Shown piece by piece: positions 1 to 9,167 of a stretch of 55,872 bases of DNA. The stretch comes from Patescibacteria group bacterium (GTDB lineage Bacteria > Patescibacteriota > Patescibacteriia > Patescibacteriales > JAQTRU01): the NCBI GenBank assembly GCA_028711415.1, contig JAQTSG010000001.1:1-55872 (forward strand). Reading direction: 5' to 3'. Position numbers and translations under genes: made by a program. The stretch's first letter is position 1; every line of letters starts with the position of its first letter. A model generated the notes under the pieces. The model was not told where the DNA came from, did no database searches, and saw nothing but the letters and a program-made list of their open reading frames with translations.

Positions 1-2
1 AA

Positions 3-401
3 ATGAAAGCGAGTGAAGACATAGAAAATTTAAAAGACATTGAACGAGACAGAAAAAATTTAATATTTATAGGCAAAATTATTGAAAGATTCTATCTTGA
101 TGAACTGCCGCAACTTTTAAATGTTTTGGTTGGCGATTTAAGTTTAGTCGGTCCCAGGCCGGTTAACCCGAAAATCTATCAGGATATTTTAGCTAGAGGG
201 ATAGAAACCAAATCTTTCATTAGAGCCGGCTTAACTGGACCTTATCAGTCCCATAAAGGCGAGGCGGGTGTTAATCAGGATAAATTAGACAGAGAATATA
301 TTAATTTTTTCTTAAATAACCCGGGCTGGAAAATAGTTATGCTTGACATAAAAATAATTTTACGCACCTTTCTAATAATTTTTCGGGCCCAGGGAATTTA
401 A
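3..401 (+). CDS. Bacterial sugar transferase (polyprenyl-phosphate hexose-1-phosphate transferase family), C-terminal part; true N-terminus probably upstream of window
   Basis: ORF reaches the window edge; [21 protein letters not shown] motif is typical of the Bac_transf family. Confidence 0.8.
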   Translation: MKASEDIENLKDIERDRKNLIFIGKIIERFYLDELPQLLNVLVGDLSLVGPRPVNPKIYQDILARGIETKSFIRAGLTGPYQSHKGEAGVNQDKLDREYINFFLNNPGWKIVMLDIKIILRTFLIIFRAQGI

Positions 402-415
402 TTATCTTTGTAAAG

Positions 416-1657
416 ATGAAAAAGATAATCATTATATTTTTTTTATTTTTTAGCTGTTCCTTCTTAGCGGCGATTTTTCCTACTTCAGTCCGGGCGCAGG
501 GTCTTGGGGAGAAATTAGCCGGCCGGATTTTACTTAATGTGGAAGGCAAGGGCGAAGCCTGGTATGTCTATCCGGAAGACAATAAAAGATATTATCTGGG
601 TCGGCCAACGGACGCTTTTGCTGTTATGCGGGAATTGGGGCTGGGCATTTCCGAACTGGACTTTCAAAAAATCGCCCAGGCCGATATGCCCGTCGCCGGT
701 GATTTAGTCCTTGCTAAAAGATTGTCGGGAAGAATAATTTTACAGGCAGAAAGGAACGGCGAGGCCTGGTATATAAATCCTCTTAATTTAAAAAAATACT
801 ATCTTGGCCGGCCGGCGGACGCTTTCCGGATTATGAGAGATTTGTCTTTAGGCATCAGCCGAGAAGATTTAGCCGGGGTTCATAAATCAAGCTATAATGA
901 ATCTTTTAACGGATACAGTAAATACGAGCATAAAAAAATAATTTCTACTTTAGGTGGGGACTTTGCCGTTGATGTAGTGGAAATAGATTTAGCTGACCCT
1001 AATTTAGAAATTATTACTGATACGGCAGACGACGACGATTGTGAGAGCAATTGCCAAGCAAAATCTTTAGCTAAATTTGTTATAGCTAATAACGGTTTTG
1101 CCGGGATTAACGCTACTTATTTTTGCTCTGACAACGGTTGCGGGGCCGCTTATTACTATTTTTTCCCGGTTTTTAATTCCCGCTCAGGCAAACTGATAAA
1201 CGAGGACCAGCTAAAATATTGGACGACCGGGCCGATTATGGCCTTTGACGCTAACAACAAATTTTATTATTTTAAAGACAGCCGGGAATTCGGCGGGGTG
1301 GACATTTTTGAAAAAAAATACGGGGTAAAATTGCAGGCGGCAATCGGCAATAAACCGAGATTAATTGAAAATGGCTTAAATTTATTGATAGATTGGGAAG
1401 TAGATGAAAAACAATTAAAAACCAAAGCTTTGCGCAACGCCTTGGCCTATAAAGGCGGGAAAATATATCTGGTTGTCGCTCGGCAGGCAACCTTGCCGGA
1501 GTTGGCGCAAATTATGGAGGCGATGGAAGTGGAGTACGCTTTGAATTTAGACGGCGGCAATTCATCGGCTTTATTTTATAACGATGAATATATGATTGGC
1601 CCCGGGCGGGATATTCCTAATGCCATTATTTTTAAAGAAAAATTAAAATATTATTAA
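416..1657 (+). CDS. Secreted phosphodiester glycosidase-family (NAGPA/DUF2233-like) protein with two N-terminal ~50-aa repeats
   Basis: N-terminal signal peptide; C-terminal ALNLDGGNSSALF and RNALAYKGGKIYLVVA motifs; duplicated GRILL..GEAWY..YYLGRP.DAF module. Confidence 0.65.
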   Translation: MKKIIIIFFLFFSCSFLAAIFPTSVRAQGLGEKLAGRILLNVEGKGEAWYVYPEDNKRYYLGRPTDAFAVMRELGLGISELDFQKIAQADMPVAGDLVLAKRLSGRIILQAERNGEAWYINPLNLKKYYLGRPADAFRIMRDLSLGISREDLAGVHKSSYNESFNGYSKYEHKKIISTLGGDFAVDVVEIDLADPNLEIITDTADDDDCESNCQAKSLAKFVIANNGFAGINATYFCSDNGCGAAYYYFFPVFNSRSGKLINEDQLKYWTTGPIMAFDANNKFYYFKDSREFGGVDIFEKKYGVKLQAAIGNKPRLIENGLNLLIDWEVDEKQLKTKALRNALAYKGGKIYLVVARQATLPELAQIMEAMEVEYALNLDGGNSSALFYNDEYMIGPGRDIPNAIIFKEKLKYY

Positions 1658-1715
1658 TTCCCTCCCGTAAAAATGACCGTCTTAAGCGAATTTTTTGGGA
1701 GGCAAAAGGAAATAT

Positions 1716-2342
1716 ATGGAAATATTTAACGGGGTGAGAAGAAATTTATTTATCGTCTTTATTTTTATCGTGATTTTGGCCGTAGGTCTAGGTCTTGGTT
1801 GGTTTTTAGGTCAAGATAGGGGCGAGGACAATCTTAGCGCCGGGCAAAATAATATTGGCACAGGCGGGGCAGCCCAAGAGGACGAAATATTAAACAAAGA
1901 GGGATTTTCCGTAATAGTGCCTAGGGGGTGGAAGGAGGCGGTTGCTCCGACCGGCGTTTCCGCTATGGTGGTAAATACCGGCGAAGAAATTACTGACCCG
2001 GCCTTGCAAAAGATAAATTTTAAAAGTTATTATTCCGTTTCTTATGATACTTTAGGAGAAAGAACCCGCGGAGAGTATGTCGCTTATATAAAAGAAGTGG
2101 TAAAACAGTTTGCGCCGACGATTATTTTTTCCGCGGAAGAGGATTTAAAAATTAATGGCCGAGATGTTTATAAACTGGAAGCGGATATAACCCAACAAGG
2201 AGCGGATTTTAAAGTTCTTATTTTTTTGATTAGCGGCAAAGGCGATGATATCTGGAATATGTCTTTTAATTCCGGTTTGGCGAACTGGGATAAAAATAAG
2301 GAGTCATTTAACAGGATAATGGAGAGTTTCACCACTAAATAA
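1716..2342 (+). CDS. Membrane-anchored hypothetical protein (possible PsbP/DcrB-like fold)
   Basis: ATG at 1716 preceded by GGAGG/AAGGA; one N-terminal TM helix; FSVIVPRGW start of the soluble domain; function tentative. Confidence 0.5.
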   Translation: MEIFNGVRRNLFIVFIFIVILAVGLGLGWFLGQDRGEDNLSAGQNNIGTGGAAQEDEILNKEGFSVIVPRGWKEAVAPTGVSAMVVNTGEEITDPALQKINFKSYYSVSYDTLGERTRGEYVAYIKEVVKQFAPTIIFSAEEDLKINGRDVYKLEADITQQGADFKVLIFLISGKGDDIWNMSFNSGLANWDKNKESFNRIMESFTTK

Positions 2343-2349
2343 TTTTATT

Positions 2350-2616
2350 ATGTTGGTTGAATTTAAGAGAAAATTAGAAAACGGCAAAATTTTGTATTTA
2401 AGGATTAAAGCCAATCCAGGAATGGCCAAAACCGAGATTAAGCAAGTAATGGCGGACGGAACAATAAAAATAAATATCGCGGCGCCGGCGGAAAAAGGCA
2501 AAGCGAACCAAGCGCTCTTAAGTTTTTTAGTTAAAGAATTCGGCGTGAGCAAGGAAGGAATAAGCATAATAAGCGGAGCGGGAGAAAAATTAAAATTAGT
2601 TAAAATAATAAAATAA
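2350..2616 (+). CDS. DUF167 (YggU-like) family protein
   Basis: 88 aa; APAEKGKANQALLSFLVKEFGVSK and GEKLKLVKI motifs are characteristic of UPF0235/DUF167. Confidence 0.75.
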   Translation: MLVEFKRKLENGKILYLRIKANPGMAKTEIKQVMADGTIKINIAAPAEKGKANQALLSFLVKEFGVSKEGISIISGAGEKLKLVKIIK

Positions 2617-2639
2617 GTTGATGAAATAAATTTAAAAAT

Positions 2640-3278
2640 ATGAATTTAGAAAAACAAAGAAAAGAAAATTATTTTACCTTAAGAAATATTAACCCCGTGG
2701 TTAGATTTTTAACGATTTCCGATATTTTAATCTTGAGCGGATTTGGTTTAATCGCTCCGATTTTCGCGGTTTTTATCGTAGATATAATAAAAGGCGGTAA
2801 TTTGGAAGTGGTCGGGATTGCTTCGGCGGTCTATTTGCTAACCAGAAGTTTAATTCAGATTCCGGCGGCGGCCATGGTTGATAAGATAAGAGGAGAGAAA
2901 GACGACTTTTGGGCTTTACTAATCGGTTCTTTGGTGTTCAGTTTTGTGCCGCTGGCTTATCTTTTTGTTTCCACGCCGCTAGAATTATATTTTGTCCAAT
3001 TTATTTATGGTTTAGCTTCGGCTTTTACCTACCCTTCCTGGCTGGCTATTTTTACCCGCCATATAGACAAAGAGCACGAGGGGGTAGAATGGGGGATTTA
3101 CCAGACATTAGTTGATTTAGGCGGGGCGGCTTCAGCTTCTTTGGGCGGGTTTTTAGCTTATCAGTTCGGCTTTAATCTTTTATTTATTTTGGTAAGTCTT
3201 ATTTCTTTTATCGGTTCTTTTTTCCTGCTGGGTATTTATAGAAAAATGAGAGTTGGTTATATTATTTCAAAAAGATAG
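2640..3278 (+). CDS. Six-TM MFS-like half-size membrane protein
   Basis: 212 aa, ~6 hydrophobic helices; MVDKIRGEKD resembles MFS motif A between TM2 and TM3. Confidence 0.55.
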   Translation: MNLEKQRKENYFTLRNINPVVRFLTISDILILSGFGLIAPIFAVFIVDIIKGGNLEVVGIASAVYLLTRSLIQIPAAAMVDKIRGEKDDFWALLIGSLVFSFVPLAYLFVSTPLELYFVQFIYGLASAFTYPSWLAIFTRHIDKEHEGVEWGIYQTLVDLGGAASASLGGFLAYQFGFNLLFILVSLISFIGSFFLLGIYRKMRVGYIISKR

Positions 3279-3279
3279 T

Positions 3280-3990
3280 ATGGAGAAGATGGAAAATAAA
3301 AATATCCCCAAACATGTGGGAATTATTATGGATGGCAACCGGCGCTGGGCGCGGGAAAGGAACCTCTCAACTTTAGACGGTCATCTGGCCGGTTATGAAA
3401 AGATGCGGCAGGCGCCGGAGTGGTTTTTTTCAAGGGGGGTAGAAATCCTTTCCGTTTTCGCTTTTTCCGCGGAAAATTGGAATCGCGGCCAGGAAGAAGT
3501 TAATTATTTGATGAAACTGATAAAAAAAGCCGTTAATGAAGAGATAGAAGAAATAAATAAAAAAGGCCATAAAATTTTAATTAGCGGCCGGGTTGACGAA
3601 CTGCCCGGCGATCTGCCCGAAAGTTGCCAGGAAGCGATAAATAAAACTAAAAACAATACCAAGGGAATTTTAAATATCTGCCTGAATTACGGCGGACGGG
3701 CGGAAATCGCGGACGCGGTCAAAAAGATGATAAAAAATAAAATAGAGGCGGAGCAGGTGCACGAGGGTTTAATAAAAAAATATTTATATAATAGCGAATT
3801 GCCTGACCCTGACATAATCGTGCGGACTTCGGGAGAAGAGCGCCTTTCCAGTTTCCAGCTTTGGCAGAGCGCTTACAGTGAATTATTTTTTATGGAAAAA
3901 TACTGGCCGGAATTTGAAGAAAAAGATGTAGATTTAATTATAGAGGAATACGCTGGCCGGAAGAGGAGATTTGGGGGAGACGGAGAGTAA
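3280..3990 (+). CDS. uppS: Undecaprenyl (isoprenyl) diphosphate synthase
   Basis: HVGIIMDGNRRWA and FSAENWNR motifs; ATG at 3280 chosen over the upstream TTG that overlaps the previous gene. Confidence 0.9.
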   Translation: MEKMENKNIPKHVGIIMDGNRRWARERNLSTLDGHLAGYEKMRQAPEWFFSRGVEILSVFAFSAENWNRGQEEVNYLMKLIKKAVNEEIEEINKKGHKILISGRVDELPGDLPESCQEAINKTKNNTKGILNICLNYGGRAEIADAVKKMIKNKIEAEQVHEGLIKKYLYNSELPDPDIIVRTSGEERLSSFQLWQSAYSELFFMEKYWPEFEEKDVDLIIEEYAGRKRRFGGDGE

Positions 3991-4022
3991 AAATATAAAA
4001 TATAAAAAATAAAAGATAAAAA

Positions 4023-4051
4023 ATGCGCGGGGCTGTCTCCGCGCATTTTTT
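4023..4051 (+). terminator. Intrinsic terminator after uppS
   Basis: ATGCGCGG / CCGCGCAT stem followed by a T-run. Confidence 0.8.
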
Positions 4052-4100
4052 GTAGTGTTATGGGTTTGAAAATTATGTCTTTTTTTGCTAAGGTTAAGCT

Positions 4101-5345
4101 ATGGTAAACTCTAGTAAAAATACGCCCCTGGCTGATAGAATCAGGCCGGAAAAATTAGAGGATTTTTTAGGCCAGGACGAAATCGTGGGCAAAGGCAAGA
4201 TGCTTAGGCAGGCCATAGAATCTGACCGGCTGCCTTCAATAATTCTTTGGGGGCCGCCCGGGAGCGGTAAAACCACCCTGGCTTTTATTATCGCCAAGCA
4301 AACCAAGTCGGAATTCGTCCGGTTTAGCGCGGTGACAAGTGGAGTTAAAGAATTAAAAGAAGTGGTAAAGCGGGCGGAGGAAAGCAAGCGGCTGGGCCGG
4401 AATACTATTTTATTTATTGACGAAATTCATCGCTGGAATAAAGCCCAGCAGGACGCTTTATTGCCCCACATAGAAAGAGGCACCGTGATTTTAATCGGCG
4501 CCACGACCGAGAACCCGAGTTTTGAAGTGCGCGGGGCTTTGCTTTCCCGCTGCCGGGTTTTTGTTTTAAAGCAACTGGGGAAAGAGCAGATTATGGATAT
4601 TGTTTTAAGGGCGCTAAAAGATAAGGAAAACGGTTTAGGAAATCTAAAGGTTAAAATGGATAAAAAGGTAGTAGATGTTTTGGCCGGGATGAGTAACGGC
4701 GATGCCCGGGTAGCTTTGAATGTTTTGGAATATGCCACCTCACCCCTAACCCCTCTCCTAGACAGGAAAGGGGAAAAGAAAGAGAAATTAGTAACTTTAG
4801 AGATAATTAAGGAGGCGTTTCAGAAGTCGCATTTGTTTTACGATAAAGACGGAGAAGAGCATTACAATATTATTTCGGCTTTGCATAAATCTATGCGGGG
4901 CTCTGACCCGGACGCGGCTCTCTATTGGCTGGCCAGGATGCTTGAAGCCGGGGAAGACCCTTTGTACGTGGCGCGGCGTTTAGTGCGGTTTGCCTCGGAA
5001 GATATCGGCCTGGCTAATTCTAGGGCTTTAGAGCAGGCCGTAGCGGCCTACAATGCCTGCCATTTTATCGGGATGCCGGAATGTAACGTAATACTGGCCC
5101 AGGCCGTGGTTTATATGGCTAAATGCGAGAAATCCAATGATTTATATGTAGCTTATGGTAAAGCTGCTAAGGACGTTGAGGAACTCGGTAATCTGCCCGT
5201 GCCGCTTCATATCAGGAACGCGGAGACTGATTTAATGAAGAATTTAGGTTATGGCAAAGGGTATAAGTATTCGCCGAATTACGATTATAAAGAGAAACAA
5301 GATTATCTGCCAAAAGAACTAAAAGGAAGGAAATATTTGAAATAA
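4101..5345 (+). CDS. rarA: Replication-associated recombination protein A (AAA+ ATPase)
   Basis: GPPGSGKTT Walker [10 protein letters not shown] Walker B, C-terminal [24 protein letters not shown] MgsA domain. Confidence 0.9.
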   Translation: MVNSSKNTPLADRIRPEKLEDFLGQDEIVGKGKMLRQAIESDRLPSIILWGPPGSGKTTLAFIIAKQTKSEFVRFSAVTSGVKELKEVVKRAEESKRLGRNTILFIDEIHRWNKAQQDALLPHIERGTVILIGATTENPSFEVRGALLSRCRVFVLKQLGKEQIMDIVLRALKDKENGLGNLKVKMDKKVVDVLAGMSNGDARVALNVLEYATSPLTPLLDRKGEKKEKLVTLEIIKEAFQKSHLFYDKDGEEHYNIISALHKSMRGSDPDAALYWLARMLEAGEDPLYVARRLVRFASEDIGLANSRALEQAVAAYNACHFIGMPECNVILAQAVVYMAKCEKSNDLYVAYGKAAKDVEELGNLPVPLHIRNAETDLMKNLGYGKGYKYSPNYDYKEKQDYLPKELKGRKYLK

Positions 5346-5368
5346 TCTGTCTAAATCCTTATAAATCT

Positions 5369-5779
5369 ATGCAAAAAATGAAGGATTATGAGGGCAAATA
5401 TTTGGATATAACAGGAAAGATTATTAATGCGGCGATGGAGGTCCATAAAGTTCTTGGCGCTGGCTATCAGGAAATTATTTATCATAAAGCAATGATTATA
5501 GCTTTATCTGAAAGAGGATTAAGTTGTGAAAGTGAAAGAGAATTTTATATATTTTTTAAAAATAGAAATATTGGGGAATATAAGTTAGATTTGGTTGTGG
5601 AGGGGAAGGTTATTGTAGAATTAAAAGCCGTTATTGGTGAAATGCCGGAAGTGTTTAAAGCCCAGATAATATCATATTTGAAAGCAAGCGGGCTAGAGGT
5701 GGGATTGTTAATAAATTTTGGCAATGAAAGTTTGGATGTACGCCGGTTAGTGCGGTATAAAGATTATTTAAAGCATTGA
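5369..5779 (+). CDS. GxxExxY protein (PD-(D/E)XK nuclease superfamily)
   Basis: 136 aa; GAGYQEIIY matches the GxxExxY signature; D..VE.K core (LDLVVEGKVIVELK). Confidence 0.75.
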   Translation: MQKMKDYEGKYLDITGKIINAAMEVHKVLGAGYQEIIYHKAMIIALSERGLSCESEREFYIFFKNRNIGEYKLDLVVEGKVIVELKAVIGEMPEVFKAQIISYLKASGLEVGLLINFGNESLDVRRLVRYKDYLKH

Positions 5780-5805
5780 TTTATACAGATTTAAACAGAA
5801 AGATT

Positions 5806-6666
5806 ATGGATTTAAGCATTATTATTGTTTCCTGGAACATAAAAGAAAAGTTAAGACAAAATTTATTGGCTCTGGAGAAAAGCCAGGGTGATTTGGAATA
5901 CGAAATTTTTGTGGTGGACAATAATTCAGCTGACGGCTCGGCCGAGATGGTTGCTAAAGAATTTCCGGAAGTGAAGCTACTCGCCAATAGCGATAATTTG
6001 GGTTTTGCTAAAGCTAATAATCAAGCCATAAAGCAGGCAAGCGGCGATTTTATTTTACTTCTTAATCCGGATATGCGCGTTTTTCCTGACACGTTAAAAA
6101 ATATGCTGGAGTGGATGCGAGAAAATAGAGAGGCGGCGGTAGCGGGCTGCCAATTAGTTAATGAAAAAGGCGAGACCATAAAGCAGGCGCGTCGGTTTCC
6201 AAGATTTTGGGACCAGTTGATGGTTGCCTTAAAACTGCCGCATATTTTCCCGAGTGTCCTAAATAAGTATTTGCAGGTTGATTTTGATTACAAAAAATCC
6301 GCGCCAGTAGATTCTATCCGCGGTTCTTTTTTTATGATAAGAAGGGAAACCATTGAAAAAGCGGGGATGCTTGATGAAAGATATTTTATTTGGTTTGAAG
6401 AAGTTGATTATTGCCAAAGGGTAAAAAAAGCCGGCGGAGAGGTGTGGTACACGCCGGCGGCGAAATGTTTAGATTATGTCGGCCAGAGTTTTAATCAGCT
6501 GCCGCGGGGCAGGACGCAGAAATATTTTCGCGATTCAATGCTCACTTATTTTAAAAAATGGCAGCCGATTTGGCAATACTGGATTTTGAAACTGGCCTGG
6601 ATTCCGGGGATGTTTATGGCCTGGCTGGGTGATAGAATAAGGGTCAAGAAGAGAATAAGAACTTAG
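5806..6666 (+). CDS. Family 2 glycosyltransferase
   Basis: MDLSIIIVSWN start, VVDNNSADGS, LLLNPDM (DxD-like) motifs; ATG 5806 preferred over TTG 5776. Confidence 0.85.
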   Translation: MDLSIIIVSWNIKEKLRQNLLALEKSQGDLEYEIFVVDNNSADGSAEMVAKEFPEVKLLANSDNLGFAKANNQAIKQASGDFILLLNPDMRVFPDTLKNMLEWMRENREAAVAGCQLVNEKGETIKQARRFPRFWDQLMVALKLPHIFPSVLNKYLQVDFDYKKSAPVDSIRGSFFMIRRETIEKAGMLDERYFIWFEEVDYCQRVKKAGGEVWYTPAAKCLDYVGQSFNQLPRGRTQKYFRDSMLTYFKKWQPIWQYWILKLAWIPGMFMAWLGDRIRVKKRIRT

Positions 6667-6686
6667 TATCTCGTAGCCTTTTAAAA

Positions 6687-7070
6687 CTATTTAACCTCGC
6701 AAACTTTCCAGTTATCATCAACCCATAATCCTATTGCCTGGACTTTAAAACCCCACGATTTAACCGTTTTAACAGCCGATCGTATTTGCTTTAACTGGGT
6801 TTTCTCTTCTGTCGGGTTGCCGGCGCAATCATAATGCCCAACAACGGCAATCAGCCCGGAATTATGCTTATTCACGGAAATTTCAAGCCGTTTTTTTATT
6901 GAGGCCAATACTGGCTGGTTTTTGCCTTCGGCTAATATTTTGTTCGGGCCCGGTTCGGTGATTACATCCGCATAATCCACTCCGTATTTATTTTTTAACC
7001 ATTCAATTATCGGTATCTGAACTCTTCCGTCCATACAGTTAATGGCCGTGGCAAATTTTTTGCTGCTCAT
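6687..7070 (-). CDS. Small protein with beta-carbonic-anhydrase-like CxDxR / HxxC motifs
   Basis: 127 aa; NCMDGRV and VGHYDCAG resemble the two zinc-ligand motifs of beta-CA, but the protein is about half the usual length. Confidence 0.45.
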   Translation of the reverse strand: MSSKKFATAINCMDGRVQIPIIEWLKNKYGVDYADVITEPGPNKILAEGKNQPVLASIKKRLEISVNKHNSGLIAVVGHYDCAGNPTEEKTQLKQIRSAVKTVKSWGFKVQAIGLWVDDNWKVCEVK

Positions 7071-7113
7071 ATTTTATTATTAAAATTTTTCTAAAATTTT
7101 TTATTAAAATATA

Positions 7114-7142
7114 TTGACAGTTGAATTTTTTAATGATAATAT
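7114..7142 (+). promoter_or_regulatory. Sigma70-like promoter TTGACA-17-TAATAT
   Basis: Direct read: TTGACA 7114-7119, TAATAT 7137-7142. Confidence 0.6.
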
Positions 7143-7169
7143 AAAATTATAATATAAAAATGTTAGTTG

Positions 7170-7213
7170 AAAACCGTCTCCCGAGGGAATTCCCGGGGAA
7201 ACAGTTTTTTTTT
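7170..7213 (+). terminator. Imperfect GC-containing hairpin plus T9 run (intrinsic terminator) ~25 nt downstream of the 7114 promoter
   Basis: AAAACCGTCTCCCGAGGG AATT CCCGGGGAAACAGTTTTTTTTT. Confidence 0.6.
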
Positions 7214-7346
7214 AAAAAAGTTGTTCTTTCCAATAGTCAATAGCAGGGATGAGAAACGAATTACTTTGAGGATATAAAACAATAAGATAAAATTCAAAAA
7301 TCGTGTAAGTTAAACTTCAAGGCATGAAAGGAGCATTGGCAGCGAC

Positions 7347-7661
7347 ATGAATTTAAAACGCCTTTGGTCAGCTTTTACCTTTATTTATTTATGCTTTAGC
7401 GCTCTGTTCAGCGAAGAACCGCATAAAGAGATGGGTTTGAGTCCTGAACGCGCTAAAGAAATGTGTGACAAATCAACAGGCTATTTAGTTTCCTCTGGAA
7501 TTTTTGTGGTTTTTGCCGGTTTTATATGCTCGGTTCTAAAAATTCCCGGCATTTTCATCTTTCTGCTGGTAGTCGGATGGATTTTATTCGTTTCGGCTAT
7601 TTACTTTTTTGACGGCAAAATATTTTCTCCGTCTTTGAAAAAAGAGAAAGTCGAAGAATAA
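7347..7661 (+). CDS. Hypothetical small membrane protein
   Basis: 104 aa, 3 hydrophobic segments; AAGGAG 13 nt upstream. Confidence 0.5.
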   Translation: MNLKRLWSAFTFIYLCFSALFSEEPHKEMGLSPERAKEMCDKSTGYLVSSGIFVVFAGFICSVLKIPGIFIFLLVVGWILFVSAIYFFDGKIFSPSLKKEKVEE

Positions 7662-7691
7662 AAGAGCGCAAACAATCAGACCTCGTCTTCC

Positions 7692-7728
7692 GCCGCAGTC
7701 TTTACCTTTGGGCTGCGGCTATTTATTT
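7692..7728. terminator. Hairpin between convergent genes
   Basis: GCCGCAG / CTGCGGC stem followed by a T-rich tract. Confidence 0.55.
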
Positions 7729-8645
7729 ACAAAAAATTCAACTAAGACAAAAATTACCCAGAAGATAAAGAGAAGCTTACTTTCCTTTTTTGAAAGATTT
7801 CTGCCGGTGCGCATAAAATAAAAAAGGAGAAAAGAAGCGATAACCATAAACGTTCCGGTGATATAAATGATTTTCTGCGGGAAGAAAAACGGGCTAATTA
7901 TAGCTAAGAGGCCGACTACAATCGTGGCATCGGCCAGGGCAGTCCCTAAAATATCTCCGATGGCCAAAGAATCATCTTTTTTCTTTACTGATTTTAAAGA
8001 AAATAGCAATTCCGGCATAGTTGTGCCCAGTCCGACAATTAGCATGCCGATTAAAATCGGCGATATTCCTATGGCCGACGCTAAGTCTGTAGCCGAGGTA
8101 ACGGTAAAGTGCGAGCCGATTAATAGAGCTGCCATGCTCAAAATTAGAAACAGGAAATTTTTTCCGCGATTGCCTTCTTGGCCGCCAACTACTCTACAGG
8201 TGTTGTTTTTAAACACGAAATAATAAAAAATGAGGCCGGCAATAATAAGAGCCGCTCCTTCCGGACGGGAATAATGGCCGTTTATCCCTAAAGTTAGAGG
8301 GATGAGAAATAAAAACGGGTAAATAACGTTATTTTTTAATATTTTGCTTTCAATTTTAATGCTTTTCCCCGCGAAAAAGATAATGATGGCGAAAACCAAA
8401 GTAAGGTCCGCCACATTAGAGCCGAACAGAGTGCCCAGCCCGAACGCCGGAATTCCCTTCAGGGCGGAGTTGATGGAGATAAAAGCTTCCGGTAGAATTG
8501 AGATTACGGCGACAATCATAAAACCGACAATATATTTTGATAAGCAAAAATTCTCGGCGAGCCGGACAGAATATTTTGTCGCCAGAGTGGCGCTTTTGAC
8601 GACCAGTAATAATGAGACGACGAAGATGAATAAATTTTCAAACAT
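7719..8645 (-). CDS. Sodium/calcium exchanger (CaCA family) membrane protein
   Basis: Two alpha-repeat-like motifs (ILPEAFISINS..GSNVADLTLV and TTMPELLFSLKS..GTALADATIV), ~10 TM helices. Confidence 0.8.
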   Translation of the reverse strand: MFENLFIFVVSLLLVVKSATLATKYSVRLAENFCLSKYIVGFMIVAVISILPEAFISINSALKGIPAFGLGTLFGSNVADLTLVFAIIIFFAGKSIKIESKILKNNVIYPFLFLIPLTLGINGHYSRPEGAALIIAGLIFYYFVFKNNTCRVVGGQEGNRGKNFLFLILSMAALLIGSHFTVTSATDLASAIGISPILIGMLIVGLGTTMPELLFSLKSVKKKDDSLAIGDILGTALADATIVVGLLAIISPFFFPQKIIYITGTFMVIASFLLFYFMRTGRNLSKKESKLLFIFWVIFVLVEFFVNK

Positions 8646-8761
8646 AAAAAGTTAACGGTGTTATTATTTAACGCTTTTTACTAATATTTCAGCATAACGT
8701 ATCGCGATATCCGAAGTTATGTAGCAATTTTGGTGGAGCGAAGCGGAACCGTATATGCCGT

Positions 8762-8787
8762 GTTATACGATGGCCACTTTAATTTTT
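8762..8787. repeat. Left arm of a 26-bp perfect inverted repeat
   Basis: GTTATACGATGGCCACTTTAATTTTT is the exact reverse complement of 9056-9081. Confidence 0.95.
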
Positions 8788-9044
8788 TATTTCAGTAATT
8801 TCTGTCTTATAATAATTGAAACGCTGATTAATATTATTCCTAATATAATTGGAAATATGAAAAAATTGAAAAGTTGATATGGGCCACCGCCAAAATTGCT
8901 ATATGGTGCCGGACCATTTATGATCCAGATGTAACGTTCATAATTTCCGTGTATCCACCAATAAAAGAAAATCGGACTTAATAATGAGAGGCACCCCATC
9001 CCTAACAACAACGAACTAGATAAATCGAGTAGAAATTTTTTCAT
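8787..9044 (-). CDS. Hypothetical 85-aa two-TM protein bracketed by the inverted repeat
   Basis: ORF with two hydrophobic helices; no SD. Confidence 0.5.
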   Translation of the reverse strand: MKKFLLDLSSSLLLGMGCLSLLSPIFFYWWIHGNYERYIWIINGPAPYSNFGGGPYQLFNFFIFPIILGIILISVSIIIRQKLLK

Positions 9045-9055
9045 ATTTTTGCGTT

Positions 9056-9081
9056 AAAAATTAAAGTGGCCATCGTATAAC
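9056..9081. repeat. Right arm of the 26-bp perfect inverted repeat
   Basis: AAAAATTAAAGTGGCCATCGTATAAC. Confidence 0.95.
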
Positions 9082-9167
9082 GTTTAGGAATATCCGAAGC
9101 TCTTTTTGCCTTCGGCGATAAGAGTTTTGGATATTCCGTGTTAGGCGATGTTTTTAAAGTTAAAAAA

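Noticed and set aside
7160-7243. 27-codon ORF (MLVENRLPREFPGKQFFFKKVVLSNSQ) inside the candidate sRNA
   Set aside because: It has no SD, and it reads straight through the terminator hairpin and T-run. It is more likely non-coding.
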